A stretch of DNA of 43,308 nt, taken from assembly GCA_035712125.1 (NCBI GenBank), contig DASTBJ010000013.1:1-43308 (forward strand). The letters run 5' to 3'. Below the pieces are notes generated by a model. It was not told the origin of the DNA. It was given only the letters and a program-made list of their open reading frames with translations, and made no database searches. The stretch is from Terriglobia bacterium (GTDB lineage Bacteria; Acidobacteriota; Terriglobia; 20CM-2-55-15). Each line of letters opens with the position of its first letter. The first letter of the stretch is position 1. Made by a program: the position numbers and the translations under genes. Shown here piece by piece: positions 35,553 through 43,308 of this stretch.

Positions 35553-36297
35553 GCGCCTGAGCTACGCCCGTTCGATCTTGATTACTGCCCCGCTGGTGTT
35601 TATCACGACGGCGGTTATGGGGACGCTCTCCCTGCTCAGTTCGCTATTCGACTCTTCGGGAACAGCTCAGCATGCGTGCGCGAGGTGGTGGGCACGAATG
35701 GTTCTGGCAATCTGCCGGGTTCGTTTGACGGTTTCCGGCCACGTGGAATTTCGGGAAAACACTCCATGCGTCTTTTTCGCAAACCATCAGAGTCATATCG
35801 ACATTCCGGTCGTGCTTGCCGCGCTGCCTATTCCTTTTCGATTCGCAGCAAAGAAAGAACTCTTCAGGATTCCATTTCTTGGATGGCATCTTCGACGCTC
35901 CGGACACATCGCGGTGGACCGACAGAATCCTCATGCGTCCGTCAAATCGTTCCGGGGTGCGACGCGGAAGCTTAGTTCCGGGACCTCGCTTGTGTTCTTC
36001 CCTGAGGGGGCAACCAGCCTGGACGGCCGGATTAAGTCGTTCAAAAGCGGCGGGTTTGTTCTCGCCCGGCAGTCGCAGGCGGACGTTGTTGCGTTGACGA
36101 TTCGAGGCACACGTGCCGTACTGAAGCCCCGGACATATCATGTAAAAGGTGGCCCGGTGGAAGTAACGTTCGGCCATCCTGTTTCCTCGACGGGATATCC
36201 CCTTCGGGAACTGGTTACGGTTATTCACGAGGACATCACGACTGTTTTTGAAAATGACAAGACCCTGGATCGGAATACCCACTCGATTTCAAGATGA
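35536..36297 (+). CDS. plsC: 1-acyl-sn-glycerol-3-phosphate acyltransferase
   Basis: NHQSHIDI (HX4D) and FFPEGATS motifs. It overlaps the folC end by 17 nt. Confidence 0.85.
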   Translation: MAVLLERLSYARSILITAPLVFITTAVMGTLSLLSSLFDSSGTAQHACARWWARMVLAICRVRLTVSGHVEFRENTPCVFFANHQSHIDIPVVLAALPIPFRFAAKKELFRIPFLGWHLRRSGHIAVDRQNPHASVKSFRGATRKLSSGTSLVFFPEGATSLDGRIKSFKSGGFVLARQSQADVVALTIRGTRAVLKPRTYHVKGGPVEVTFGHPVSSTGYPLRELVTVIHEDITTVFENDKTLDRNTHSISR

Positions 36298-36976
36298 GCA
36301 CACGACGGGGAAAATCCGTCTCTACCTGGAGCCTGTGTTATTCGCGGGCGGACTGCCTGTGATGATTCCTACTTTTTCGCCTCCGGAAGTTGTGCGCGAT
36401 TATCTGGCGCGGCTGGATGGAGTCCTGCTTCCGGGCAGTTCCAGCGACATCGATCCGGCACGCTACGGCGAAACGCCTCACGAACGCCTGGGCAAAATGA
36501 TTCCGGACCGCGATGCGCTGGACTTTGCGCTCCTGGAGCACTCGGATCGCGCGGGGCTGCCGGTGCTGGGCATCTGCTTCGGCGCCCAGAGTCTTAATGT
36601 TTTCCGTGGAGGCAGCCTCATCCAGGACATTCCGTCTCTGGTAGACGGCGCTGTTTTCCACGACGACCACGGCGAACCTCAGCAGCCGGCTCGACATTCG
36701 GTCCGCATAGGTGAGGGCAGTGTTCTGGCCCGACTGGCCGGCTCAGAGGTCGTTGAGGTGAACAGCTACCACCATCAGTCTGTCGGCCTCGTCGGAGCCA
36801 ACCTTCGCGTTGTGGCGACCGCTCCGGACGGCGTCATCGAAGCCGTTGAGGACGTTAGTGGAAGGTTTGTCGTCGGAGTTCAGTGGCATCCCGAACGTAG
36901 CTTTCAGGACGATACGTTTGCCAGGGCATTGTTCAGCGAATTTGTAGAGCAGGCGGCCCGAAGAAGCAGGTCGTAG
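36248..36976 (+). CDS. class I glutamine amidotransferase, peptidase C26 (gamma-glutamyl-GABA hydrolase-like)
   Basis: GICFGAQ nucleophile and VQWHPE histidine motif. The N-terminal WIGIPT is typical of the family. It overlaps the plsC end by about 50 nt. Confidence 0.85.
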   Translation: MKMTRPWIGIPTRFQDEHTTGKIRLYLEPVLFAGGLPVMIPTFSPPEVVRDYLARLDGVLLPGSSSDIDPARYGETPHERLGKMIPDRDALDFALLEHSDRAGLPVLGICFGAQSLNVFRGGSLIQDIPSLVDGAVFHDDHGEPQQPARHSVRIGEGSVLARLAGSEVVEVNSYHHQSVGLVGANLRVVATAPDGVIEAVEDVSGRFVVGVQWHPERSFQDDTFARALFSEFVEQAARRSRS

Positions 36977-37047
36977 CGGTAATTGCTCAGTTGAATTCCG
37001 TCCGATTACGTGTAACAAAAAACTCACACAACTCACACATCGTCTGC

Positions 37048-37075
37048 TTGACACGTTAAGCAAAGCGTGTAGACT
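37048..37075 (+). promoter_or_regulatory. candidate sigma70-type promoter upstream of the giant gene
   Basis: TTGACA (37048..37053), a 16-nt spacer, then TAGACT (37070..37075). It lies in a 430-bp non-coding gap and implies a leader of about 325 nt. Confidence 0.35.
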
Positions 37076-37406
37076 CTGGCCAAATCGATTCAGGATTAAT
37101 CGTATTCAGAGTCAGCGGACCGTCTGCGCCGTGCAACACTGGAGCAGGGAGTTTCCGGCCTGGCTCACGCGAGCATTTGCCGTTAGCGTTCGCAACTGTG
37201 CAAGGGCGTGATGAGGAATCTGTCTGGAGCCCCAGCCTACTCTACCGCCTGTGGTTTCCCAAAACCGTCTGTTGTGTCGTCGCAAGATTGATGCGTCGTG
37301 TCACTTAATTCGAATCAGCCTATGAACACAACCGGTCCGTTTGCTTTCTGATCGGTTTCCGTGTGGGAACCAGGGAAGGCTTCGGCCTTTATCTCAAGGA
37401 GGACAC

Positions 37407-40400
37407 ATGAAAGGTCCCGTCGGTCGTGCACTCGCCTTTTGCCGCAACGTCTTCTCACGCGATCTGGAAAAGAAATCCCGTTCCGGAAGGCAGCGTTTTC
37501 GTATCGAACCGCTCGAAACGCGCCTCCTGCTTTCTGTCGACCTTATGGGTATCCCAGGCTGGATTCCCGACGGACCTCAGCCGATCCTCGACGCGCCTTC
37601 GGTTTCAGCCGCGCCTGGCGACGCCGCAGGCGGTGCCGTGCAAAGCATCGCCATCAATCCCAACAATGCGCAACAGATCTATATCGGAACGGTGAATGGC
37701 GGTATCTGGCGCTCCAATAATGCCGACCCGGCGAATCCTGACGATGTCACGTGGTCGCCGCTGACGGATCAATTGGAATCGCTGGCTATCGGGTCGATCG
37801 AATTCAGTTCCCTCGATCCTGCTGGCAACACGTTGTACGCAGGCACGGGTTCTTTCAGCAACTTGACCTGGGGCAGTCCGCCACCCACGGCGATAGGCGT
37901 CCTGCGCACCACTGACGGCGGAACGACGTGGAGCAACTTTGCGGTCAATCCTCTTAATGAAGGGCGAATCAAAACCATTGTTCCCACGGGAGTGGATCTG
38001 GACCCCGGGCCTGGAGTCGAGGAGATGATTCTCGTCGCGACGATTGACGGCGGCGCAGGTCTTTATCGCAGTGATAACAACGGGGAGACGTTCAATTTGC
38101 TCAGCGGTGCAAACAACCTGCCCACGGGTGTCGTGTCGCAGCTCATTGTCGATCCCAACAACGCCCAGCGCTATTACGCTGCGCTGCCCGGCCGGGGCGT
38201 CTATCAGGGGGACTTCGCCGCGGGTACAGGCGTGATCACATGGACGCAGGTCAATGGCACCAATCCGAATAACCTGACGAACGTCCTCACATCAGCGAAC
38301 ATTCAGATCACGGCGCATGACGACGGAGGAAATACCGTACTGTATGCCGGTCTGGCAAACGCTGTGGCCGGAGGCACTGTCAATGCAACGCTTACCGGTG
38401 TCTTCCGTTCGACCGACGCCGGCGCCAACTGGACAGCGCTGGGTGTACCTGCAGTGTTCAATGCCTTTTCGGTCTCCGGCAGCGGTTTTGCGATGATCGC
38501 CGACCCGGCAGACGATCAGGTCGCTTATATCGGCGGCTTAAGCGACGGCGACAACGTTTATCGCTACGACCCAGGCCTCGCGGCATGGGTTCTGATTGTC
38601 GGTGCAGGAGCGCAGGGCCCCACACAGCCCCACGCCGACCCTCGGGAGTACGCGTTTATTGGTGACGACATTCTCGTCGAGGTCGACGATGGCGGACTCT
38701 ACTTCCTCGAGAATCCCACCGACGCGTTGAATAACTCCTGGCAGTCGCTCAACGGTGAAGTCGATGACGGAAACGCGCTCGGCGCGATTGAGATACACAG
38801 CATTGCCTGGGACAGCGTTTCAGACATCCTGATTGCCGGAGCCCAGGACAACGGCACATCCATCCAGCATGAAACGGGCAGCCGGATCTGGGATGGCATC
38901 TTCGGCGGCGATGGCGGTGACGTTCTGGTGGATGCCTTCACCCTCGCCGGAGCGAATCAATCTATTCGCTACTTCAGTTCCCAGAATCTCGGAATCCGCG
39001 CGGCGGATCCGCAGGGCAACTTCCGACGTCAGGTTTACGACGCCACGAACGGCACTGTTGGTGCGGCCGTTGAAGTTCTGCCGGCGGCCGGCCTGGCGAA
39101 TTTCAATCCTCGGTTTGTCAATCCGATTGAGATCAATGCGATCGCTCCCACGGCTGCTCAGTTGGGGGCGGGTCAATCCACCAGGATAGTTGTCGGTGGT
39201 GGAGGAGCCAGCCCGGTCTACGAAAGTAATGACGCGGGCGTTGCCGCAGCGCCAACCTGGACTGCGGTTCCCGTAGGCGCTGGATTCGGAAACGTCACAG
39301 CTCTCGCTTACGGTGGGCGAAGCGGCGGCGTAGACAACCCGGATGTGCTCTACGCGGGCGATGACAACGGCAACGTGTTCGTACGCACAACCGCCGGTGG
39401 ACCGTTGAATGCAACCGCAACTCCATTCCCTGGCGCCACCGTCTCGGATATTGCCCTGGATCCGAATGACTGGCAGCACGCGTTTGTCACAAGCTCGAAC
39501 GGCGTGTGGGAAACCACAAATAGGGGCGCTACCTGGACATTACGCACCGGTAACCTGTCCAACAACATCATTCAAACAGTTGAGTATGTCGACCTCGGCG
39601 GCGTCGATGTCGTTCTGGTCGGCGGCCTCGGTGGCGTGTTCCGAATGATTACGAACAATCCCGACGTCTGGACCGAATACGGTGCGTTCATCCCCAACGC
39701 CACGACCTACGAGCTCGACTACAACGCCACCGACGATGTGCTCATAGCGGGATTGTTTGGACGTGGAGCCTGGGAAATCGACAACGCGAGCGACACACTG
39801 GCGGTACCGGGCGTCGTGGAGATCTTCGGTGACGAGAATGGATTCGCCGAAGATGACGTCATTCGGCTGATTCGCCAGGCGGCTAACCCGTCGTTGCTGG
39901 ATATCTTTATCAACAGCAATACACCGACGGCAACCGTGCAGATGTCGGCAATCCAGCAGATCAACGTCTACGGTCTGGGCGGGAATGACAGACTGGAGGT
40001 CGACAGCACGAACGGATTGATCAACGTCGGCAGCGGCATCCGCTATGATGGCGGTTCCGGGGGCTTCGACGAACTGCAGTTGCTGCAGACCGGCGGTCCG
40101 GTTCACGCCAGCGATACCTACAGTGTAGGCCCGGCGATCGGCTCCGGTGTCAGCCTGATCGTCGGCGCCCCTGGGGCGGGTACACAGACGGTTTTCTTTG
40201 AAGATCTCGAGCCGGTCCTGGATCTGGTGCCTGTCGCGGTGCTGGTGGTCAACGCCACACCCGCCGACAATGCGATCAACGTCTCGGGTCTGGTGACGAC
40301 CGGTTTGGTCACCGTCGACGAGCACGAGTCGATCGAGTTCGCCAACAAGATCGAGTTGATTATCGAGGCCGGATCGGGTCGCGACACCATTGGCGTCAAC

Positions 40401-42653
40401 AGCGCCATCACACCCACGGGCCTGACCGAGATCACCATCAACGGAGCCAATCCCGCGGATGGCGATGCGGTGATTGTCAACGGCGTAGGTGTGGCGGCAA
40501 CCGTCAACACGACAACCGGGGTGATCACCGGCGCTGCCGGAGCCGGCGGTGCGATAGCGATCAACTTCACGACGATCGAATCGCTGCACCTGACCGCGGT
40601 GGGAGATCTGACCATCACCACGACCGGTGCGGATGACACGGCGACGGTCACGCCGGGTCTTTCCACCGGAGCCAATAGCGGAACCGTGCAGTCCAGCGGC
40701 GCAGTGCCGCAGATCAGCTTTGTCAACAGCGGCGCGTTCACCGCGAATCTGGGGGCGGGCGATGATGCGCTGATCGTCAACGCATCGGCGGATGTGGACA
40801 CGATCGCCGTCAGCGGCGTGGCCGTGGCCATCACCGGCCGCAGGACCGTCAATGTCAGCGGTACGGAAACCGTGCGGGTCAACGGCCAGGGCGGCAGCGA
40901 TACGCTCAATGTCACGCCTTCGGCCAGTGTCGGCATCTTCATTGATGGCGGTGATCCGGTCGGGGTCATACCCGGCGATCTGCTCAACGTCGTCGCCGGA
41001 GGCGGCATGGTCACCTACAACGCCGGTCCGGAAACCGATGAAGGCAGTGTCGTCGTCGGGGTCAACCAGCCCGTCAGCTTCGACCATATCGAATCGGTCA
41101 GCATCAGCGGCAGCGGCCCGGCCGTGATCAACGGCACGAATGGACCGGACGCCATCACCGTGATCGCCCGCGATGTCAGCACGCATGCGGCCGCCAACGG
41201 CGTTCAGGACTTCACCGTGTCGGTCAATACCGGTCCGGACTTGCTGTTCATCAACGTCGCGAGTCTGACCCTCAACGCGCTGAGCGGCAGCGATCAGGTC
41301 ACCCTGCAGACTCCGGCGCCGAATGGGGCCATCTGGGATGTCGATGTGACCGTCAACGGGGGACCGCCGGCAGGCGACACCGACCGGCTCATCGTGCAGA
41401 CACCGGGCGCGGGCGCCGAAGTTGTCGTGTATACGCCGGGGGCTTTCGACGGCGGAACGCTGAATCTTGTGTCGCTGTCGTCGCTGGTGACGATCAACAG
41501 CACCGAGAACCTCAGCTACGACGGACAGGGAGACAATGACAACCTCTCCATCGCCGGCACCGGTGGCAGCGATGTCATCGTGCACACTCCCGGAGCCAAC
41601 AATGACGCCGGCACGATCCAGGTCAACGGCCTGCTGGGTCTGAGTTACCAGAACCTCGGAGCTACCGCGAGCCTGACAGCTGACGGCAGCGGGGGTGAGG
41701 ACACCCTGGTGGTCCACGGCACGGCCGCCAACGACAGCTTTACCGTCGGTGCCGCCGGGCAGGTGAACCTTAACGCCAGGGTACCCGTCAGCGTGGCCAG
41801 CATCGAAACGCTGACGCTGGAAGGCTTCGCCGGCAATGACGCGTTCACGCTGGTACCGGCGATCTCGGCAAGCGTCTATACGTGGATGAACTTCAATGGC
41901 GGCAGCCAGTCCTCGGCGGCCGGCGATGTCGTTAATCTGGTTGCAACAGCCGGTGACGACGACATCAACGTCAGCGGTCAGACCGTGAGTCTGGGGACAA
42001 GGACCGTCCAGTCCAGCGGTGTCGAGGATATCCGTCTGGATGCCCTCGGCGGGGATGATCTGCTGACCTACACCGGGGTCAGTGGCATCACCGAAGACAT
42101 CCGCGTCGCCTCTTCCGGCGTTGCCGGCGGCGGCCAGTTGAGCGCACCGGGCGTGACGCTGGTCGATTTCAGCGGCGTCGAACGCGTCGATGTCCACGGC
42201 AACGCCCCCACGCCGACCGAAACCGACACGCTCACCTTCGCCGGCACCAACGCCGTCGATGTCTTCCAGATCAATCTCGCTGCGGACGGCTCGGATGCCG
42301 ATCCGATCCTGAAACTGGAGACCTCGGCGGCAGCGCTTCTGCTGACGCTGCGCAACTACACCAACTTTGCCACGCTGAACGTCCTGGGCCTCGATGGCGA
42401 GGATACGTTCAACGTGACGGTGGACGAGACCGGGCCCAGCCGTGATCTGTTTGTCAATGGCGGCATCCCGCAGGGTAAGAAAAAGTCCACCGACAATCTG
42501 AACATCTTCTACGTCCCGCCGCGTCCCAGCATCATCCATAGCGCGGCAACCCAGGATCCCGATGCGGGCCTGGTGGATCTTGACTACGACACGGCTCGCT
42601 ACGTCATTCAGTACGACGGTATCGAGCAGATAGTTATCCGCAGAGACGCCTGA
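37407..42653 (+). CDS. giant (1748 aa) surface/secreted-type protein: N-terminal LE.R.LLS motif, Asp-box (BNR) beta-propeller region, and a C-terminal array of modules each with one GxxGxD motif
   Basis: Start at ATG 37407, with AAGGAGGA 3 nt upstream. Asp-boxes: TTDGGTTWSN (about 37906), RSDNNGETF (about 38066), RSTDAGANWT (about 38405), TTNRGATWT (about 39513). From about 39800 there are repeated motifs: YGLGGNDRLEV, EAGSGRDTIGV, LGAGDDALIV, NGQGGSDTLNV, ALSGSDQVTL, GQGDNDNLSI, GSGGEDTLVV, GFAGNDAFTL, ALGGDDLLTY, GLDGEDTFNV. Confidence 0.85.
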   Translation: MKGPVGRALAFCRNVFSRDLEKKSRSGRQRFRIEPLETRLLLSVDLMGIPGWIPDGPQPILDAPSVSAAPGDAAGGAVQSIAINPNNAQQIYIGTVNGGIWRSNNADPANPDDVTWSPLTDQLESLAIGSIEFSSLDPAGNTLYAGTGSFSNLTWGSPPPTAIGVLRTTDGGTTWSNFAVNPLNEGRIKTIVPTGVDLDPGPGVEEMILVATIDGGAGLYRSDNNGETFNLLSGANNLPTGVVSQLIVDPNNAQRYYAALPGRGVYQGDFAAGTGVITWTQVNGTNPNNLTNVLTSANIQITAHDDGGNTVLYAGLANAVAGGTVNATLTGVFRSTDAGANWTALGVPAVFNAFSVSGSGFAMIADPADDQVAYIGGLSDGDNVYRYDPGLAAWVLIVGAGAQGPTQPHADPREYAFIGDDILVEVDDGGLYFLENPTDALNNSWQSLNGEVDDGNALGAIEIHSIAWDSVSDILIAGAQDNGTSIQHETGSRIWDGIFGGDGGDVLVDAFTLAGANQSIRYFSSQNLGIRAADPQGNFRRQVYDATNGTVGAAVEVLPAAGLANFNPRFVNPIEINAIAPTAAQLGAGQSTRIVVGGGGASPVYESNDAGVAAAPTWTAVPVGAGFGNVTALAYGGRSGGVDNPDVLYAGDDNGNVFVRTTAGGPLNATATPFPGATVSDIALDPNDWQHAFVTSSNGVWETTNRGATWTLRTGNLSNNIIQTVEYVDLGGVDVVLVGGLGGVFRMITNNPDVWTEYGAFIPNATTYELDYNATDDVLIAGLFGRGAWEIDNASDTLAVPGVVEIFGDENGFAEDDVIRLIRQAANPSLLDIFINSNTPTATVQMSAIQQINVYGLGGNDRLEVDSTNGLINVGSGIRYDGGSGGFDELQLLQTGGPVHASDTYSVGPAIGSGVSLIVGAPGAGTQTVFFEDLEPVLDLVPVAVLVVNATPADNAINVSGLVTTGLVTVDEHESIEFANKIELIIEAGSGRDTIGVNSAITPTGLTEITINGANPADGDAVIVNGVGVAATVNTTTGVITGAAGAGGAIAINFTTIESLHLTAVGDLTITTTGADDTATVTPGLSTGANSGTVQSSGAVPQISFVNSGAFTANLGAGDDALIVNASADVDTIAVSGVAVAITGRRTVNVSGTETVRVNGQGGSDTLNVTPSASVGIFIDGGDPVGVIPGDLLNVVAGGGMVTYNAGPETDEGSVVVGVNQPVSFDHIESVSISGSGPAVINGTNGPDAITVIARDVSTHAAANGVQDFTVSVNTGPDLLFINVASLTLNALSGSDQVTLQTPAPNGAIWDVDVTVNGGPPAGDTDRLIVQTPGAGAEVVVYTPGAFDGGTLNLVSLSSLVTINSTENLSYDGQGDNDNLSIAGTGGSDVIVHTPGANNDAGTIQVNGLLGLSYQNLGATASLTADGSGGEDTLVVHGTAANDSFTVGAAGQVNLNARVPVSVASIETLTLEGFAGNDAFTLVPAISASVYTWMNFNGGSQSSAAGDVVNLVATAGDDDINVSGQTVSLGTRTVQSSGVEDIRLDALGGDDLLTYTGVSGITEDIRVASSGVAGGGQLSAPGVTLVDFSGVERVDVHGNAPTPTETDTLTFAGTNAVDVFQINLAADGSDADPILKLETSAAALLLTLRNYTNFATLNVLGLDGEDTFNVTVDETGPSRDLFVNGGIPQGKKKSTDNLNIFYVPPRPSIIHSAATQDPDAGLVDLDYDTARYVIQYDGIEQIVIRRDA

Positions 42654-42668
42654 CCTCCGCGGCTCCCA

Positions 42669-42709
42669 GGTCACCCCTCCGCGGCCAGGACGGCCGCGGA
42701 GGGGTGACC
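42669..42709. repeat. perfect 18-bp GC-rich hairpin 15 nt after the giant gene stop (possible terminator or stabiliser; no U-tract)
   Basis: GGTCACCCCTCCGCGGCC-aggac-GGCCGCGGAGGGGTGACC. It is followed by GCGACAGCAAAAAGC, so no T-run follows on either strand. Confidence 0.6.
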
Positions 42710-42984
42710 GCGACAGCAAAAAGCTGCGGAGCAGCCTCCCCCGCCGTTATCGCGTGCTATCGTAGGCGCGCCATGTCGCTGAATCTGCTCGACCGCATCG
42801 CCCCCACCGGATACTCGCCGCAGTCCCGCCCCGAGCAATCGCACGGGGCGAAACACGGCGAGTTGCGTCTGCTTCAGCTTTACCCTTAAGCAGTCCATGA
42901 CAATGAAGGGGGGCGGCTGGTCACTGACTGCAGGTCCAATGCGCGAAATTGGGAAGCTTCGGTATAATGAAAAGGATCTTAGCC

Positions 42985-43308
42985 ATGCCACGACTCTCTC
43001 CAATCCGGCAGATACTTCTCGCTGTCGTCTTTTTGAGTTTCACCGCGAATGGTCATGCGCAGACGATTACGCCCGGCGCCCGCCAGATTCTCGATGCGAT
43101 GATTCAAGCCCTTGGCGGGCAAAAGTTCCTCAGTGTGCGGGAGATCCAGACCAGTGGCCGGTTCTTTCTGTTCAATCGAGGGGAGATCTCCCAGTCGGAT
43201 GTCTATACGACGTACATCAGATACCCGGACGCGGACAGAACGGAGTTCGGTAAGGACAGGATAAAACCGGCGCGGATCAACCGGGGAGACGAAGGTTGGA
43301 CCATCACG
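42985..43308 (+). CDS. secreted protein of unknown function; partial, continues past the right window edge
   Basis: Absent from the ORF track because it is open at the window edge. The ATG at 42985 gives MPRLSPIRQILLAVVFLSFTANGHAQTITPGARQILDAMIQALGG..., a signal peptide, and the frame stays open for 108 codons to the window end. Confidence 0.6.
   Translation, partial: MPRLSPIRQILLAVVFLSFTANGHAQTITPGARQILDAMIQALGGQKFLSVREIQTSGRFFLFNRGEISQSDVYTTYIRYPDADRTEFGKDRIKPARINRGDEGWTIT

Noticed and set aside
39540-42719. 1059-aa open reading frame on the minus strand, antisense to the giant gene
   Set aside because: It is a shadow ORF. The sense strand is dominated by GNC/ACC-type codons (Gly, Asp, Val, Ala, Thr), and their complements rarely create stops. 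The translation is Arg/Gly/Asp/Ala low-complexity with no motifs. The sense frame has clear Asp-box and GxxGxD motifs and a strong RBS.

Overview
GC-rich bacterial chromosomal segment. The gene content looks Acidobacteriota-like, but that is an unverified inference. I support about 37 protein-coding genes and find no rRNA, tRNA, CRISPR array, transposase, integrase or phage genes. The backbone is housekeeping. A Bacillus-like purine block (purS-purQ-purL-purF-purM-purN) lies on the minus strand at the left edge, and purB sits about 20 kb away. Also present are rlmN, dprA-topA, folC, plsC and a C26 glutamine amidotransferase. Between these are exported redox and hydrolase genes: three thioredoxin-fold proteins, a haem c / bicopper-monooxygenase fusion, a truncated globin, an M50 protease, a two-CxxCH cytochrome c, two Tat-signal amidohydrolases, and a methyltransferase and an HDAC-family enzyme that both carry signal peptides. 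There are two ABC systems, an FHA-GAF sigma54 activator, and one 1748-aa surface-type protein. The most unusual observations are: (1) a PHM/DBH-type bicopper monooxygenase domain with all six Cu ligands, fused to a CxxCH haem domain and coupled to a thioredoxin-like partner; (2) a binding-protein-less ABC transporter whose ATPase half is translationally coupled into the purS..purN operon while its duplicated permease sits behind purB; (3) purF interrupted by an in-frame TAA at a conserved Tyr position; (4) the giant protein, which has an N-terminal LE.R.LLS-type motif instead of a Sec signal, followed by an Asp-box propeller and about ten modules each carrying one GxxGxD motif; (5) an FHA-GAF-sigma54 activator divergent from a small secreted protein that has a correctly spaced candidate -24/-12 promoter. 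I did not recognise a known defence or mobile system. All functional calls rest on motif recognition by eye and need HMM or BLAST confirmation.
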